A stretch of 53,845 nucleotides of DNA, counting the filler, from Jimgerdemannia flammicorona (lineage: Eukaryota): NCBI GenBank assembly GCA_003990765.1. It is 2 parts of 2 records of this genome, joined end to end, with 100 filler letters (N's around TTAATTAATTAA, not from the genome) between each part and the next. Parts side by side here need not be neighbours in the genome. Positions count along the whole stretch, not along the records: positions 1 to 26,875 come from RBNJ01000686.1; 1 more part is not named here. The stretch is one strand, 5' to 3'. Every line of letters begins with the position of its first letter. Position 1 is the stretch's first letter. Below, one piece after another: positions 1-11,239 of the stretch. Under the pieces are notes generated by a model that was given only the letters and a program-made list of their open reading frames with translations, made no database searches and was not told the origin of the DNA. A program made the position numbers and the translations under genes.

Positions 1-53
1 AAAAAAAAAAAAAAAAAATAATAAATAAAAAAAAAAAAAAAAAAAAAAAAAAA
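1..53 (+). repeat. Poly(A) tract, probably the tail of a non-LTR retroelement inserted into gag of gypsy element A
   Basis: A-run with embedded AATAAA, directly followed by degenerate gag codons; upstream part is outside the window. Confidence 0.5.
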
Positions 54-54
54 G

Positions 55-900
55 ATATTCTGAAGAAGATTCAAGAGAATTTCTTAATAGAATTGAAGGA
101 ATTGCAGCTCTGAAGAATCTCTCTTCTGAAAAAAAAGTTGCCTTCTATAAAGTCCAACTTAGAGAACCAGCCAAAGGAATTTTTATCTAAGTAAGAAATA
201 ATCTACATTCAGACCTTGGAGTAGCTATTAATATAGTACCAACTTGGCTAGCAGAGTATGAAGCCATGATTCATTAACTTATTGAGAAGTATACAGAAAA
301 TGAGACCCACTACAAGGCTCAAGAATCTATTATGAAAATGAAGATGAATCTTAGAGAATCACCCAGAGCATTCTTCATAAGAATTCAAAAGAGAATATAT
401 ATATACCACTAGATTTAATGCCACCAATTAAGATATTATAGGCCCAATAATCTTCATGAATGGAATTCCTCTGAATATTACCCAGTATGTCTATACTCTA
501 AGCATTAGAAGGTCTAAAGAGCAAGTAGATATAGCTCAAGGATTTTTCAATATAAGACTACAAGGACTCCTTCAAGGATAAGAAAGATCTGAAGAAAGGA
601 AGTCAGCCAAAGAAGAGAAGAAGGAAAGAAACAAAATTTAAGACCTCAGTTCTAAGTTGGACAGATTGGTGGAGTAGATAAAAAAACTCATCACATATAA
701 AAATCAGAGTTACCAACAAGACAACAGAGGGTATGCACTACAAAGAAACTAAGGATATCTACTCAGAGATAATAGGAGCTACCAGTAAGAAGAAAGAAGA
801 TACCCTGTCTAGGACAGAACTCAAGTTCAGTGCTTCTACTGTAGATAATTCAGACACTATATCACTGAATGTGATAACAAAAGAAATGACTAAAGGGACT
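55..900 (+). pseudogene. gag: gag relic with CCHC zinc knuckle (element A)
   Basis: ~829-873 reads QCFYCR*FRHYITEC = CX2CX4HX4C. Confidence 0.8.
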
Positions 901-1399
901 CAGAACTACTAAATTGAAGAAATGAAACCCATTATAAGAAGACTGAAGTCCATTCTGTTGAATATTTTGAAAAAGAAAGCAATAGTGAAGACTATAGTGA
1001 TTTAGACTTATATCTAGCCAAAGTTACTGTCAGAAGACAGTCTATCTAATAGAGAAAAGGAAGAGACCTATAGGAAGACCATTTAGGAATACTAGTAAAA
1101 TAATTTAAGAAAAAGATAAAGAATATAAAGAGGAGCAAGTAGAACACAAATCTACTGCTCTGAAGCTCAAGAAGAAGTATGCCCCAAAGACCATGCCTAG
1201 AGATATCTATAATGAAGCCTGGTAAAAAATTTAAGAAGTTAAGATAGAAGTCTCTCTTCTATAGTTTCTACAACTGACAGTAGCTAGAGTCTGAAATAAG
1301 TTATTAAGAACCACCAGATCTAGTACTGACCAAGTCCCAATTCCATAGTAAGAACTAGCTTCCACTCCTATTTAAGCTACAGAGAGACATATCAGCATC

Positions 1400-1760
1400 T
1401 ATCTATATGAAGATATTGGAGGACAAAAGGCAAAAATTCTCATTGATATAGAAATAGCTATCTGTATCATTGCCAAATGATTTCTGAACACCCTCCAATG
1501 GCCCATTGATAGACCATCCAACCTTAGCATTATAGTAGTAGATGGAGCCTGAACTTAACTCCTTGGAGTGGTGTAAAACATTACCATCTCTCTGGGACAC
1601 ATTTAGTTCTCTATCCCAAAAGCTGTTATCACTGAAGCCATCATCTATAATATGATCTTTAGTATTAACTAGATGAAGGAAATGAATGTAGTTGTTAATA
1701 TCAGCCAACAAGTACTCAAGTTTAATTTCTGAGGTAAGAAGTATAAAGTTAAGGTGATTA
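1400..1760 (+). pseudogene. Aspartic protease relic (element A)
   Basis: IGGQKAKILIDIEIA at ~1415-1460, consistent with ILIDTG.. after transitions; lies downstream of the gag knuckle. Confidence 0.65.
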
Positions 1761-3049
1761 GCTATAAGTAATCAAAGAAGAAGAAGAAGATTACTATCTA
1801 GAAAAAATATACCAATAGTAAAGAGTCTACTATAGAAGAAGAAGAGGAACCCAAAGATAGGAATGATTCTAGACTCAATCCCCAAATCAACCTAGTAGAT
1901 GACAGGTCAGAAGATAATATTTGGGCCAGAAATATCATCTCTATCACAATCAGAGCCATTGCAGGACAGATCAAAGGATGCTCCATCTGCCTCAAAAGAC
2001 ACAAGTGCTCTGAGCATTTCTCTAAGATCATTGAGACAAGGAATTCATCTGGTATTGCCTGCCCTGAGTATAGAAAAAGAAAGAAGAAATACAGATATAT
2101 TCTGAAGACACTTATAGCTGAAGCTGCAGAAATATAAGCAATCTGGGGCCAAAAAGTATCTGAGGAAGAAGAAACTCTGAGCAAGAGGTTCCTGAATAAG
2201 AAGTACCTGAGAAGGAAGAGGTCTCTGAACTCATTCTCTGAGATAACTCTCACTGGATACTACTAGAAGATAATAACTCCTAGAATATTGAAGAAGGACC
2301 CAGTATAATCCCCATCATTCTAAAGTAAGAAATACATCAAGAAAGTGCCTTTGGTTAGAAAGATATTTATATTAAATAGTCTTCCACTCTTTCTGAGATC
2401 AGTGTTACCTACTAGATTAATAGAAAAGATAGAGACCCTAAAGGCCAGAACTCTTAACTATAATTGCATAGTTAATTATCTTTCCGAAAGTCACTATAAG
2501 ATTACAAAGCTGAGCTAAAGGACAAAGTCTTTTTATCTGAACAGAAGTATATCCCTTGGCCACCCTTCTTCTAACCTATGATTAAGATGAATACTAATTC
2601 ACAAGATAATAAGATATCAATAATCAAGAACAGTATTTTCAAGTAATATAATATTGCAACCATGAAAGATATCCAGATTGCCAAGACTATAGATATCAGA
2701 AGATTCATCTCAGCCAGAATGTTGTAGTCTACATTCTAAGGAGAGGAGACAACAGAACTCAGATTCAAAAAAGTCAGACCAAGAATTTAGAAAAAAGGAC
2801 TCTCAAGATCTATAATTTGAGAGAAGATATTCTAGCTCTCATCAGACATACAACCTGTCAAGAATAGATAGAAGATGTCACCAACTTTATGGAAGCCTTA
2901 GACTCTATAGAAAAGAGAGAAATTAACTATCTCTAAGACCCTTCTACTGGAGCCAGATGGTCACACCTCAACCTCAGAGCCTGGAGACTTTCTACTAGTG
3001 GAGCTTCAGCCCAAGGATAGTCTGAACTCAGCACAGATACTGTCCAGTA

Positions 3050-3450
3050 TATTCTGCTATATCCCAAGGCCAAACCCCTAACCAAAGCTTACTAAGAAGA
3101 TGTAGGGTATGATCTTCACAGTCTGGAAGATAAATCTATTAGACCTGAAAGAACATTGGTGTTCAGAATAGGACTAGCCATACAACTACCTAAAGAAACT
3201 TACATCCAACTGACCTCAAGGTCTAGACTTGTCAGACAAGGAGTAACTGTAGAAGGAGGAATAATAGACTCAGGATATACAGGTGAAATTAAGATCATTC
3301 TACATAATAGTAGTATAGAATATTACTAAATTCTTAGAGGATAGAAGATTGCTCAAGCAGTTTTCATGAAAGTCAAGATCTCTCAATTATAAGAAGTCTT
3401 TAAACTGACTAAAGGAATAAGATAAACTGAAAGATTTGAAAGCTCAGACA
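3050..3450 (+). pseudogene. dut: Trimeric dUTPase domain (element A), between PR and RT
   Basis: Motifs in order: VGYDL, SRSRL (RSG), EGGIIDSGYTGEIKIILHN, KIAQ, R*TERFESS (RG.GFGSS). Confidence 0.92.
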
Positions 3451-3949
3451 AGAAAGAAGTATATCTCCTCCAGATCAACTATCTTAAGAAGGATATCTTC
3501 TAGCAAGTGTATTACCAATCAGTCAAATTATACAAGAACCTCATCCTGGAGCCCAAAGAGCAAACTACCTTCGAAATCTTTATACCACCCAACCCCAGAA
3601 ATATCTTCTTCAAACCCAATGAAGATATCTCAAACCCAGATATCAAGGAATATACATTCTCTGACAAAATGAATCCAGTACACTCCTGAGCAACCAACCA
3701 GAGCTGGAAAAGCATCATCTTGCTAAAAGGAACCATTATAGGATATCTAGTACCCTTCCTCAATCAAACTCACAGAGAAGTCTATGAGCAAAACTTATTG
3801 AGAAATGGAAAAAGGTTCCAGAAGAACAGAAAGGCCCCTCTGTAACCCAGGAGACAGTAAAGCCTTCCACCAACATTAGAGAAGAATTGACCCTTCAGCA
3901 ATTGTAACAACTAATACAACTTCTTAAAAAATACCAAGATATCTTCACT

Positions 3950-5235
3950 ACTAATTATAGCAATCTGTCATATAACTCATTATATCACTATAGTATAAAT
4001 CTGGCAGAAACTCTATAGAATACCCTATCACCTAAAGATATTTAAAAAAGAATACATTTAAGAACTCTTAGATAATAAAGTCATCTAATCCTCTACTAAT
4101 CCTTAGACCAGCCCTATACTTATTGTACCAAAGAAAGGAAGATAGAGACTCTGTGTAGACTAAAGGAAACTCAATTCAGTCACCAAGAAGGATATATATA
4201 CTCTGCCCAGAATTGATGATCTCTTGGACTAGTTATAAGATACCAGATATTTCAGCAGTATGAATCTTTTTGCAGGATTATGAGATCTCCATAGATTCCA
4301 AAGATATTCAGAAGACAGTCTTCCTTGCCCTAGAAAAACTATTTGAGTATCTCTGAATACACTTTGGACTTTACAATATACCCTCCACCTTCCAGAGAAT
4401 GATGAACTCAGTCTATGGCCTACTAATCTACTACTGCCTAATTATATACATAGATGATTCCAATATCTATTCAGCAAATTTTGAAGAGCACCTATACTAT
4501 CTATAAGAATTCTTCAGACTCACCTGCAAGAACTATCTGAGACTCAATGCCAAGAAATGCTACTTCAGAATACAGAAATATAAATTCTTTAGATTTATAG
4601 TTTCAAAAGAAGGAACCCATACAGATCTGAAGAAACTGAGAATATTAACAACTGGTCAGTACTCAAGACTCTGAAGGAAATACTATAATTTCTAATATTA
4701 GTATCCTACTATAGAAGATTTATTAAGAACTTTACCCAAATTACTGCTCTAATCTGAACTTTGCTCAAGAAGGAAATACCATACAAATAGATAGAATCAC
4801 AAGTACTAGCCTTCAAGAAACTTAAGCACCACATGACTACAGTACTAATTCTTATACATCTCAATCTATAGAAGCTATTTGTCTTATATACAGATACTTC
4901 CAAAGATGGCCTTAGAGCAGTTCTAGCCTAAGAATAACCTGACCAACAATACTATGTAATAGCTTATACAAGCTGAGCTATCAATCAGCAGCAGACCAAC
5001 TATGGTAGTAATAAATTGGAATATCTTATAGTCATATGGACTGTCACTCTGTTCAAGTATTACTTCATTGAAAAAAGATTTACTCCAATAACTGAATATG
5101 CTGCTATTCAACTATAAGGAACTCATCAGAATCCTTGTCTACTGGATCCTTATTCTTCAGGATTACAAAATTACCATTATCCACAAAGCAGGGAAAGCTT
5201 ACAATAATGTTGATATACTTTCCTACCAACCTTAA
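3950..5235 (+). pseudogene. pol: Reverse transcriptase and RNase H (element A)
   Basis: SPILIVPKK, RLCVD*RKLN, LPRIDD, YIDD at 4447-4458, LYTDTSK, ADxLS-like end. Confidence 0.92.
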
Positions 5236-5289
5236 TAAATCAGAAGAAGGGTACACTAGGAACTACATCCTAAAGGAAGCTCCTCTAAC

Positions 5290-6290
5290 TATTGAAGTAT
5301 AAGAAGATCTCATCCAAAAAGAACATCAGAAAGCCCATCAAAGATAGGTAAATATGGAAGAAAAACTGTGAACAATATACCAATATTGGCCCAATCTCAG
5401 AATACAAGTTCAAGACATACTCAAGAAATGTAACACTTGCCAGAAGTACTAAGAAAAGAAGAATTATCAAGTACTATTATAATTAATTATACTACTAGAC
5501 AACATCTTTCAAAGATGGAAAGTAGATATAATTGGACCTCTATCAGTTATACTAAGAAGAAATAAGTATATTTTAGTATTTATAGAACATCTGACCAAGT
5601 GGCCCAAAGCCTTTCCAATAAAAATCACAGATGTCCTGATCATCATTAGCCTCCTCCATAGACTCATACTTAGATATAGACCCCCAGAAAAACTCATCTC
5701 TGACTGAGGTACAGAATTCATCAACAATATAATCATAAGTTATATCTGAATTTACAAGATTCATCTCAAGTGAACTATATCATACCACTCTCAGATCAAT
5801 GATATGACAGAACAAATAAATCAGACTATTAAGAAAGAACTTGTCTAAGTCAATTCTACTAACTGAGACCTCTGCTTATCTGAGATCCTATGGGAAATTC
5901 AGAACATCTCTGCTGTCTCCATCAAACAAAAGCTATTTGAGATGATGTTTACTAAGAAAACCAGAACTGCTGATCATGAGAATCTTGAAAACCTCCTCAA
6001 GAAGGCAGAATAGTTATATAATCAAGTCGAAGTCCAGATTATCAAGACCCAAAAAAGACAAAAGAAGTATTATAACCAGAAGCAGAAGAATCAGAAGATC
6101 ATGATTGGAGATCAAGTACTAGTTTGAAGAAGCATGATTGAAACAAACTTTGCCACCAAATTGGAGCCCAAATGAGAAGAATCTTATCTTGTACACAACA
6201 TCAGAAGAACTAGTATCTATTTAAGAAGTATGGATAGATGAACTCTGACAATACCAGTATATATCAATTGTCTCAAGATATATCTCTCTC
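5290..6290 (+). pseudogene. Integrase (element A)
   Basis: CNTCQK zinc motif, VDIIGPL, IEHLTKWP, ISD*GTEF, YHSQIND.TE, C-terminal KLEP(W)EESY GPY/F-like motif. Confidence 0.88.
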
Positions 6291-6296
6291 TATATC

Positions 6297-6800
6297 ATGA
6301 ATCAGAGAATTGACCAGTATCTTCAGACTCTTATCCTCAGTTCTCTGCAGTCTCTGTCTGTTCCCTTACCCACATTCCACCAATCCCAAAGAACTCCCAG
6401 TAGACAAATTCAAAAGTATCTTGAAAACCTTACCATAGCCCAGAGATTGCTACAGATTCATCAGTTATAAGCCTACTTCTTCATTAGACAAGTCCTTTAA
6501 GATCCCATATATATAAGGAGGTCTGTATGTTTAAATTGCTGAAATGATATAGCTGCTGAAAGAATCTATGTACTCTACAAATATAATGAGAGAGTACTTA
6601 CTCAAGTATAGTTTCATCTCAATGATATCCAAAAGATAAATGAAGTTATCTTTCAAAATATACTACAATAAGTAGAGTTCTTATTCTCTGAGCTAGAGCA
6701 ATAAGACTCAGATCTTAAATGGAGTGACTCTGACTCTAATATAGATGATAGTATAAGTATTGATGCAGAAGATACTTATACCTACTGAGATGATGACTAA
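6297..6800 (+). pseudogene. Accessory ORF of unknown function between integrase and 3' LTR (element A)
   Basis: ATG at 6297; MNQRIDQYLQ..SVPLPTF..IHQL*AYFFIRQVL*D..AAERIYVLYKYN, acidic tail; homologous by eye to the ORFs at 20880 and 35442-36287. Confidence 0.7.
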
Positions 6801-6840
6801 AGAATAGTCTAAGGATAGATCATTCTTTAGTAGAGACTGA

Positions 6841-7114
6841 TGTAATATATAATATACATAAATATTAGATACTTAAATGATGTAACCCTCATATACTATA
6901 GTTACTCTCATAGTTACCTAGTTGCTGCAGAAACCATATAAATAGCACCAGATACTCAGATTGAGACAACTGAACCTTGAAGGTACTGTACCTTGTAGGT
7001 ACTGTACCTTGAAGATACTATACTCTGAGAGAATAGTAAAAGTTATATACTATATAAAATATCCCAGAGATAAGAGTGAATAAACCTCAGTCTGAAATTG
7101 AATATAAAGCAACA
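6841..7114 (+). repeat. 3' LTR of element A (partner not in window)
   Basis: Starts TGTAAT after purine-rich AGTAGAGACTGA; TATAAATA ~6938, AATAAA ~7079; ends ..GCAACA. Confidence 0.6.
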
Positions 7115-7299
7115 GCCTCTCTTTCCACTCTGGTCTACTTTCTAATACAAAGCTTGAAGGTTTGCTATCAAAGTTCAAGTGAAGAACTTCACTATCTTTG
7201 AAGAGAAACCTACTGCTTAAGGAATAAGCTACCTTTTGAGAAGTCTGCTATATTTTGGTCTGCTTGCTAGATAAGCCAGAAGAATCTAAGAACCTATCT

Positions 7300-7800
7300 C
7301 TTATCTCAAAGTCAGTCTTCTGATATAACTTCATACAAATGAAGCCAGTTTTAATATAACTTTGGTCAAGAACTCACTATTCCCAGAGAGTTCAATTCTT
7401 GTCACTAAGCCAGTCTATCTGATATAACTTTGCAGTGGAGCTAGTCTATAATGTAACTCTGTACAAATGAAGTCAGTCTTTGATATAACTTATTAAGAAT
7501 TTACAATTTATATCATCTGAGTTATTTTCCAGAAGCCTACCAATTCAGAAAGAATCTGTATTATTCACCATTTTTGAGTTATCTGAGTTATCCAAGTTAT
7601 TGAGTTATCTGCCAACCAAATTACCCAAGTTATTAAGTTATCTAATATTCCCAGTGAGTCATTGATTCAAGAGAATCTATGTCAAACTAAGTTATCTACC
7701 ATTTTCAAAAAATCTATATAAGGAATATTATCAGGATTATCATACCAAGATTATTATACAAAAATCAGATACTTTTGGAGATTATCATACTATACAGAGA
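7300..7800. repeat. Degenerate short tandem repeats of unknown origin
   Basis: Recurrent ~30 bp unit AGCCAGTC..TGATATAACTT (7305-7495), ~9 bp GAGTTATCT units (7575-7645), GATTATCATAC units (7735-7790). Confidence 0.6.
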
Positions 7801-8149
7801 TTGCTACCACTTAAGAAGAAAACTGCTAAATTACTAGATAGTTATATATACTACATCATATATATAAATTGCTGCTATATCCAGAGAACCATTCCAATAA
7901 GAAAATTGATCATTGTATCCAGATTAACTATTATACCACTAAATACTAAGAATACCAGGAATTTTAGAATATTTTGTCACTTTTTAACAAAGTAACTGAA
8001 AGCTCAAGCCAAACTATACTAATCTCCAATCTTGTAATTTGCCTCTATTGAGCTGGGTATGTTATACTATGAATATTACTTTATCAGTATAATATTGAAT
8101 ATATATATAGTTATTCACTTCACAGTATATATAAAGTCATTGTCAAAAA

Positions 8150-10980
8150 GATATTTATTGATTTTTCTATTCTGTAAATGAACTACTTATTTCATATTAT
8201 ATAATCCTTTATATAGTTTATATATAAGATTATCATTTTGTTTATATTCTTATAGCTGATAAATATATAGCTTTGTATCTATATCATTATTGAGAAAAGT
8301 CATCTTTATATCTATCTGATGGATTTCTAGATTATATAAAGCACTGATCACAAGAAGTATTCTTAGTAAAGTAAGCTTAAATATTAACAAAAATATCTCA
8401 TCATAGTTAATACTATAATCTTGTAAATAACTCTTAGTAACAAAATGAACTTCATACTATTCTATACTTCTATCATTTTTGTATTTGATTTTATAGACTC
8501 AATGTGATTCTATGGCTTATTGATTACTTAGAAGAAGTACTAAATCTCATATATTATTCTCAATAAGTAAATTATACTTTATATCTATAGCTTACTTCTA
8601 TTTCTTATTGCCAGGAGAAGTTATTGCTTTGTTATATATATATATTTAACTTATCAGAAGTTATAATAAATATATATTCATATGTCTCAGTATAGCTCAT
8701 ATAGTCTTTATATTGAAATATCTTTAGTATATTCCAATAACTCTCTAAATTAGAATAAGTCTTATTTCTGGACTTATACTATGGCTTTTCTTACCCTTGA
8801 TGGACCTTTTGTTATTGTTATTATCATCAGTCTTGTTATTTTTAATCTTTATTATCTTTGGCTCAGATAACTCTGGCTTAAATATATATATATAGTAGTT
8901 GAAAATAATTTTGCTTTATTAGAGAGGTTAGTATTGAATATTACACTTATTGAGATATTGAAGTTGAGATTCTGACAGATATTTACATAGGGTTTCTGAT
9001 TTTCTTTTTTTATTAAATTATATATTATATAAGATTACTATATAATATTTATATAGATCTTAAAGTTGGTACTATATGTCTTGTCAGAATATATATATTA
9101 TATCTGAATATATATAGATACATTATATCTGACTTTATTCTACTCTATAACTCTTCAGAAGTTAGATTATTATCTCTGAAATACTTATTATTATTGTTAG
9201 ATTTTTTACTTAATACTCAAGATATACATTAGTTGTATATATATACTATTATATTAATGGCTTCAGTCTAATAAGAATATGATAATCTAGTCATATTGAT
9301 CATCATTTATACTATTTTTACAGCTATATAGTTAAATTACTCAGTTATACTATTTTGCTATAATATATATAGAACTGTTATATACTGTATTTTCTCAGAT
9401 ACTGTTTGAATATACTATTGATATATATATTTACATCTATTATTTGAATATATAGTATATATTCTATACTCTATTTTATTCTCCATAATTGCTTTAAACT
9501 CTTTAAAATAAATATAATGAAATATCTCTTCTCTCTATTGAAGTAGTATGTATCAGACTATATATATTCATATTGATTAAATTGAGTATGCTGGATATGT
9601 ATTTCATCTACTTCTCAAAATAAATACTGAGATGCTTTGTTTGCTATTAGTGCTCTGAATGAGCTGATCCAGATTAGATTCAAATTCCATCTAGATCAAC
9701 TCAGATGGGCATCTGAATCAATTTGAATCAACCATTGTTTTGATTTTCAAATTAAATAATTAAATGTTTATATCAATAACTTAATGAATAATTATCCAAT
9801 TTTGATAATCTTGATGTTATTTGAAAGTCCTTAATAAAGTCTTTCTAATGATATCAAGAATATTGAAATTATATTATATATTGCTCAGCTATCAAGGAAA
9901 ACATCTGACTTACCAATTTTGGAAATTATTCAACTTACTGATTTTGAAAATTTCTTCAAAAGAATGTTTTCTTTAATAGCTTGGCAACATATGATCTAGT
10001 TTTAATATTCTTAATATTATTAGAAAGGCCCTATTAAGGGCTTTCAAATGACATCAAGATCATCAAAATTGGATGATTATTCATCAAGTTATTATAATTA
10101 TCTAATTTGGAAATTAAAACAATAGTTGATTCAAATCAATCCAGATGGGATTCAAATCTCATCCAAGTTGATCTGGATAGGATTTAATCTGAATCCAATC
10201 TGAAACTATCTAGATTAAATTAACTTATTTAGAGCACTATTTGCTATATAATCCTTATAGAAGTTATTATCAAGATATATTATTAATAATTCTCATATAG
10301 ATCTATTTCTAATCATTCTTTTTAAGCTCAATTTTTCTATATATTTTAAGTATTAATATTATATTTTAGATATATTAGACATAGTTATCACATATATAGA
10401 GGTTTTTATACTACTTGATATATTATTGATTATATAAAGATTGCCTCATTTTGACACTATTATAATCTTCTTGTCATTCTTCAAAATATATACTATTGTT
10501 CTCATTAGATATATATATTTTTCTTTATTACTATAGGTCATCATTTTGTTGATTAAAAAGAGATTCTTTCTTATCTTTAGAGTATATAATATATCCTAGA
10601 AAGTACTAGTAGACTCTATGATATTTCTATAGAGATATATACTGATATTTCCTCTTTCTTGAGTATATATAACATTGTTATTATCTAATTTGATTAACAC
10701 TAGATGCTTGAAGAACTTATATATAGAGAACTATTCTTAGTAAGCTATTATATATTATATAGTATCTAAATCCATAAGTCATATATCATTATCATTGGCT
10801 ATATTAGTATATACTTCATTTATATTATTACTTTTACTTTTCACTAACTTGAAAGTATATAACTTAGATATAGCTATATATAGATGATATTTTCTCCAAA
10901 TACTTAGCATATATTATTTATATATAGAATACTATATACCACTTCATTTTCTTATTTTATAACCAATATGTATTATTTGT
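8150..10980 (-). mobile_element. Highly degenerate Ty1/copia relic (PR-IN-start of RT)
   Basis: Minus strand FKEFKAIMENK and *QNSITE*FN (QQNGxAERxN) integrase motifs; homologous to the copia at 39415-41850 (8480-8580 vs 39820-39905). Confidence 0.8.
9648..10239. mobile_element. hAT-type fold-back MITE inserted in copia integrase
   Basis: Termini TAGTGCTCT..AGAGCACTA; exact 8-bp TSD TTTGCTAT at 9640-9647 and 10240-10247; ~260 bp imperfect inverted arms. Confidence 0.9.
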
Positions 10981-10982
10981 AT

Positions 10983-11239
10983 GAGGGGGCCAATTGTGGT
11001 CTTGGTGGGGACATTGTTACCAGTAGAGAGAGGGGGGGTAGGAGTGGCCCAGGATAGAGAGAACCAGGCTCTGGCTACCTTAGCTCTACTAAGATTAGGT
11101 GCTGGATAGCCTAAGGTTACTCTGTTATGTAGCCTGACCTCACTTACTTCTTATCAGGAAATCTGGGGAATGTTTTCCTGCTGTTTGCTATGTAATTATA
11201 TTTTGAATAAATGAGTGTAGAAAAAAAAAAAAAAAAAAA
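10983..11239 (+). mobile_element. Short 3' end of a LINE with poly(A) tail
   Basis: GC-richer segment ending AATAAA..GTGTAG then A-run at 11221-11239. Confidence 0.6.

Larger units (their letters stand above)
55..7114 (+). mobile_element. Degenerate Ty3/gypsy LTR retrotransposon A (gag-PR-spacer-dUTPase-RT-RH-IN-accessory ORF-3' LTR)
   Basis: Domain order PR-RT-RH-IN on + strand, many TAA/TAG/TGA stops, followed by a TG..CA-bounded LTR-like segment. Confidence 0.93.

Noticed and set aside
3050..3450. Host DUT1 gene
   Set aside because: Embedded in the pol region between PR and RT and mutated like the surrounding element
6297..6800. env gene or chromodomain after integrase
   Set aside because: No signal peptide, TM segment or chromodomain YxVKW motif recognisable; the ORF has its own ATG and an acidic tail
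8150..10980. Helitron Rep/helicase relic (first impression)
   Set aside because: Minus-strand translation gives copia protease and integrase motifs instead
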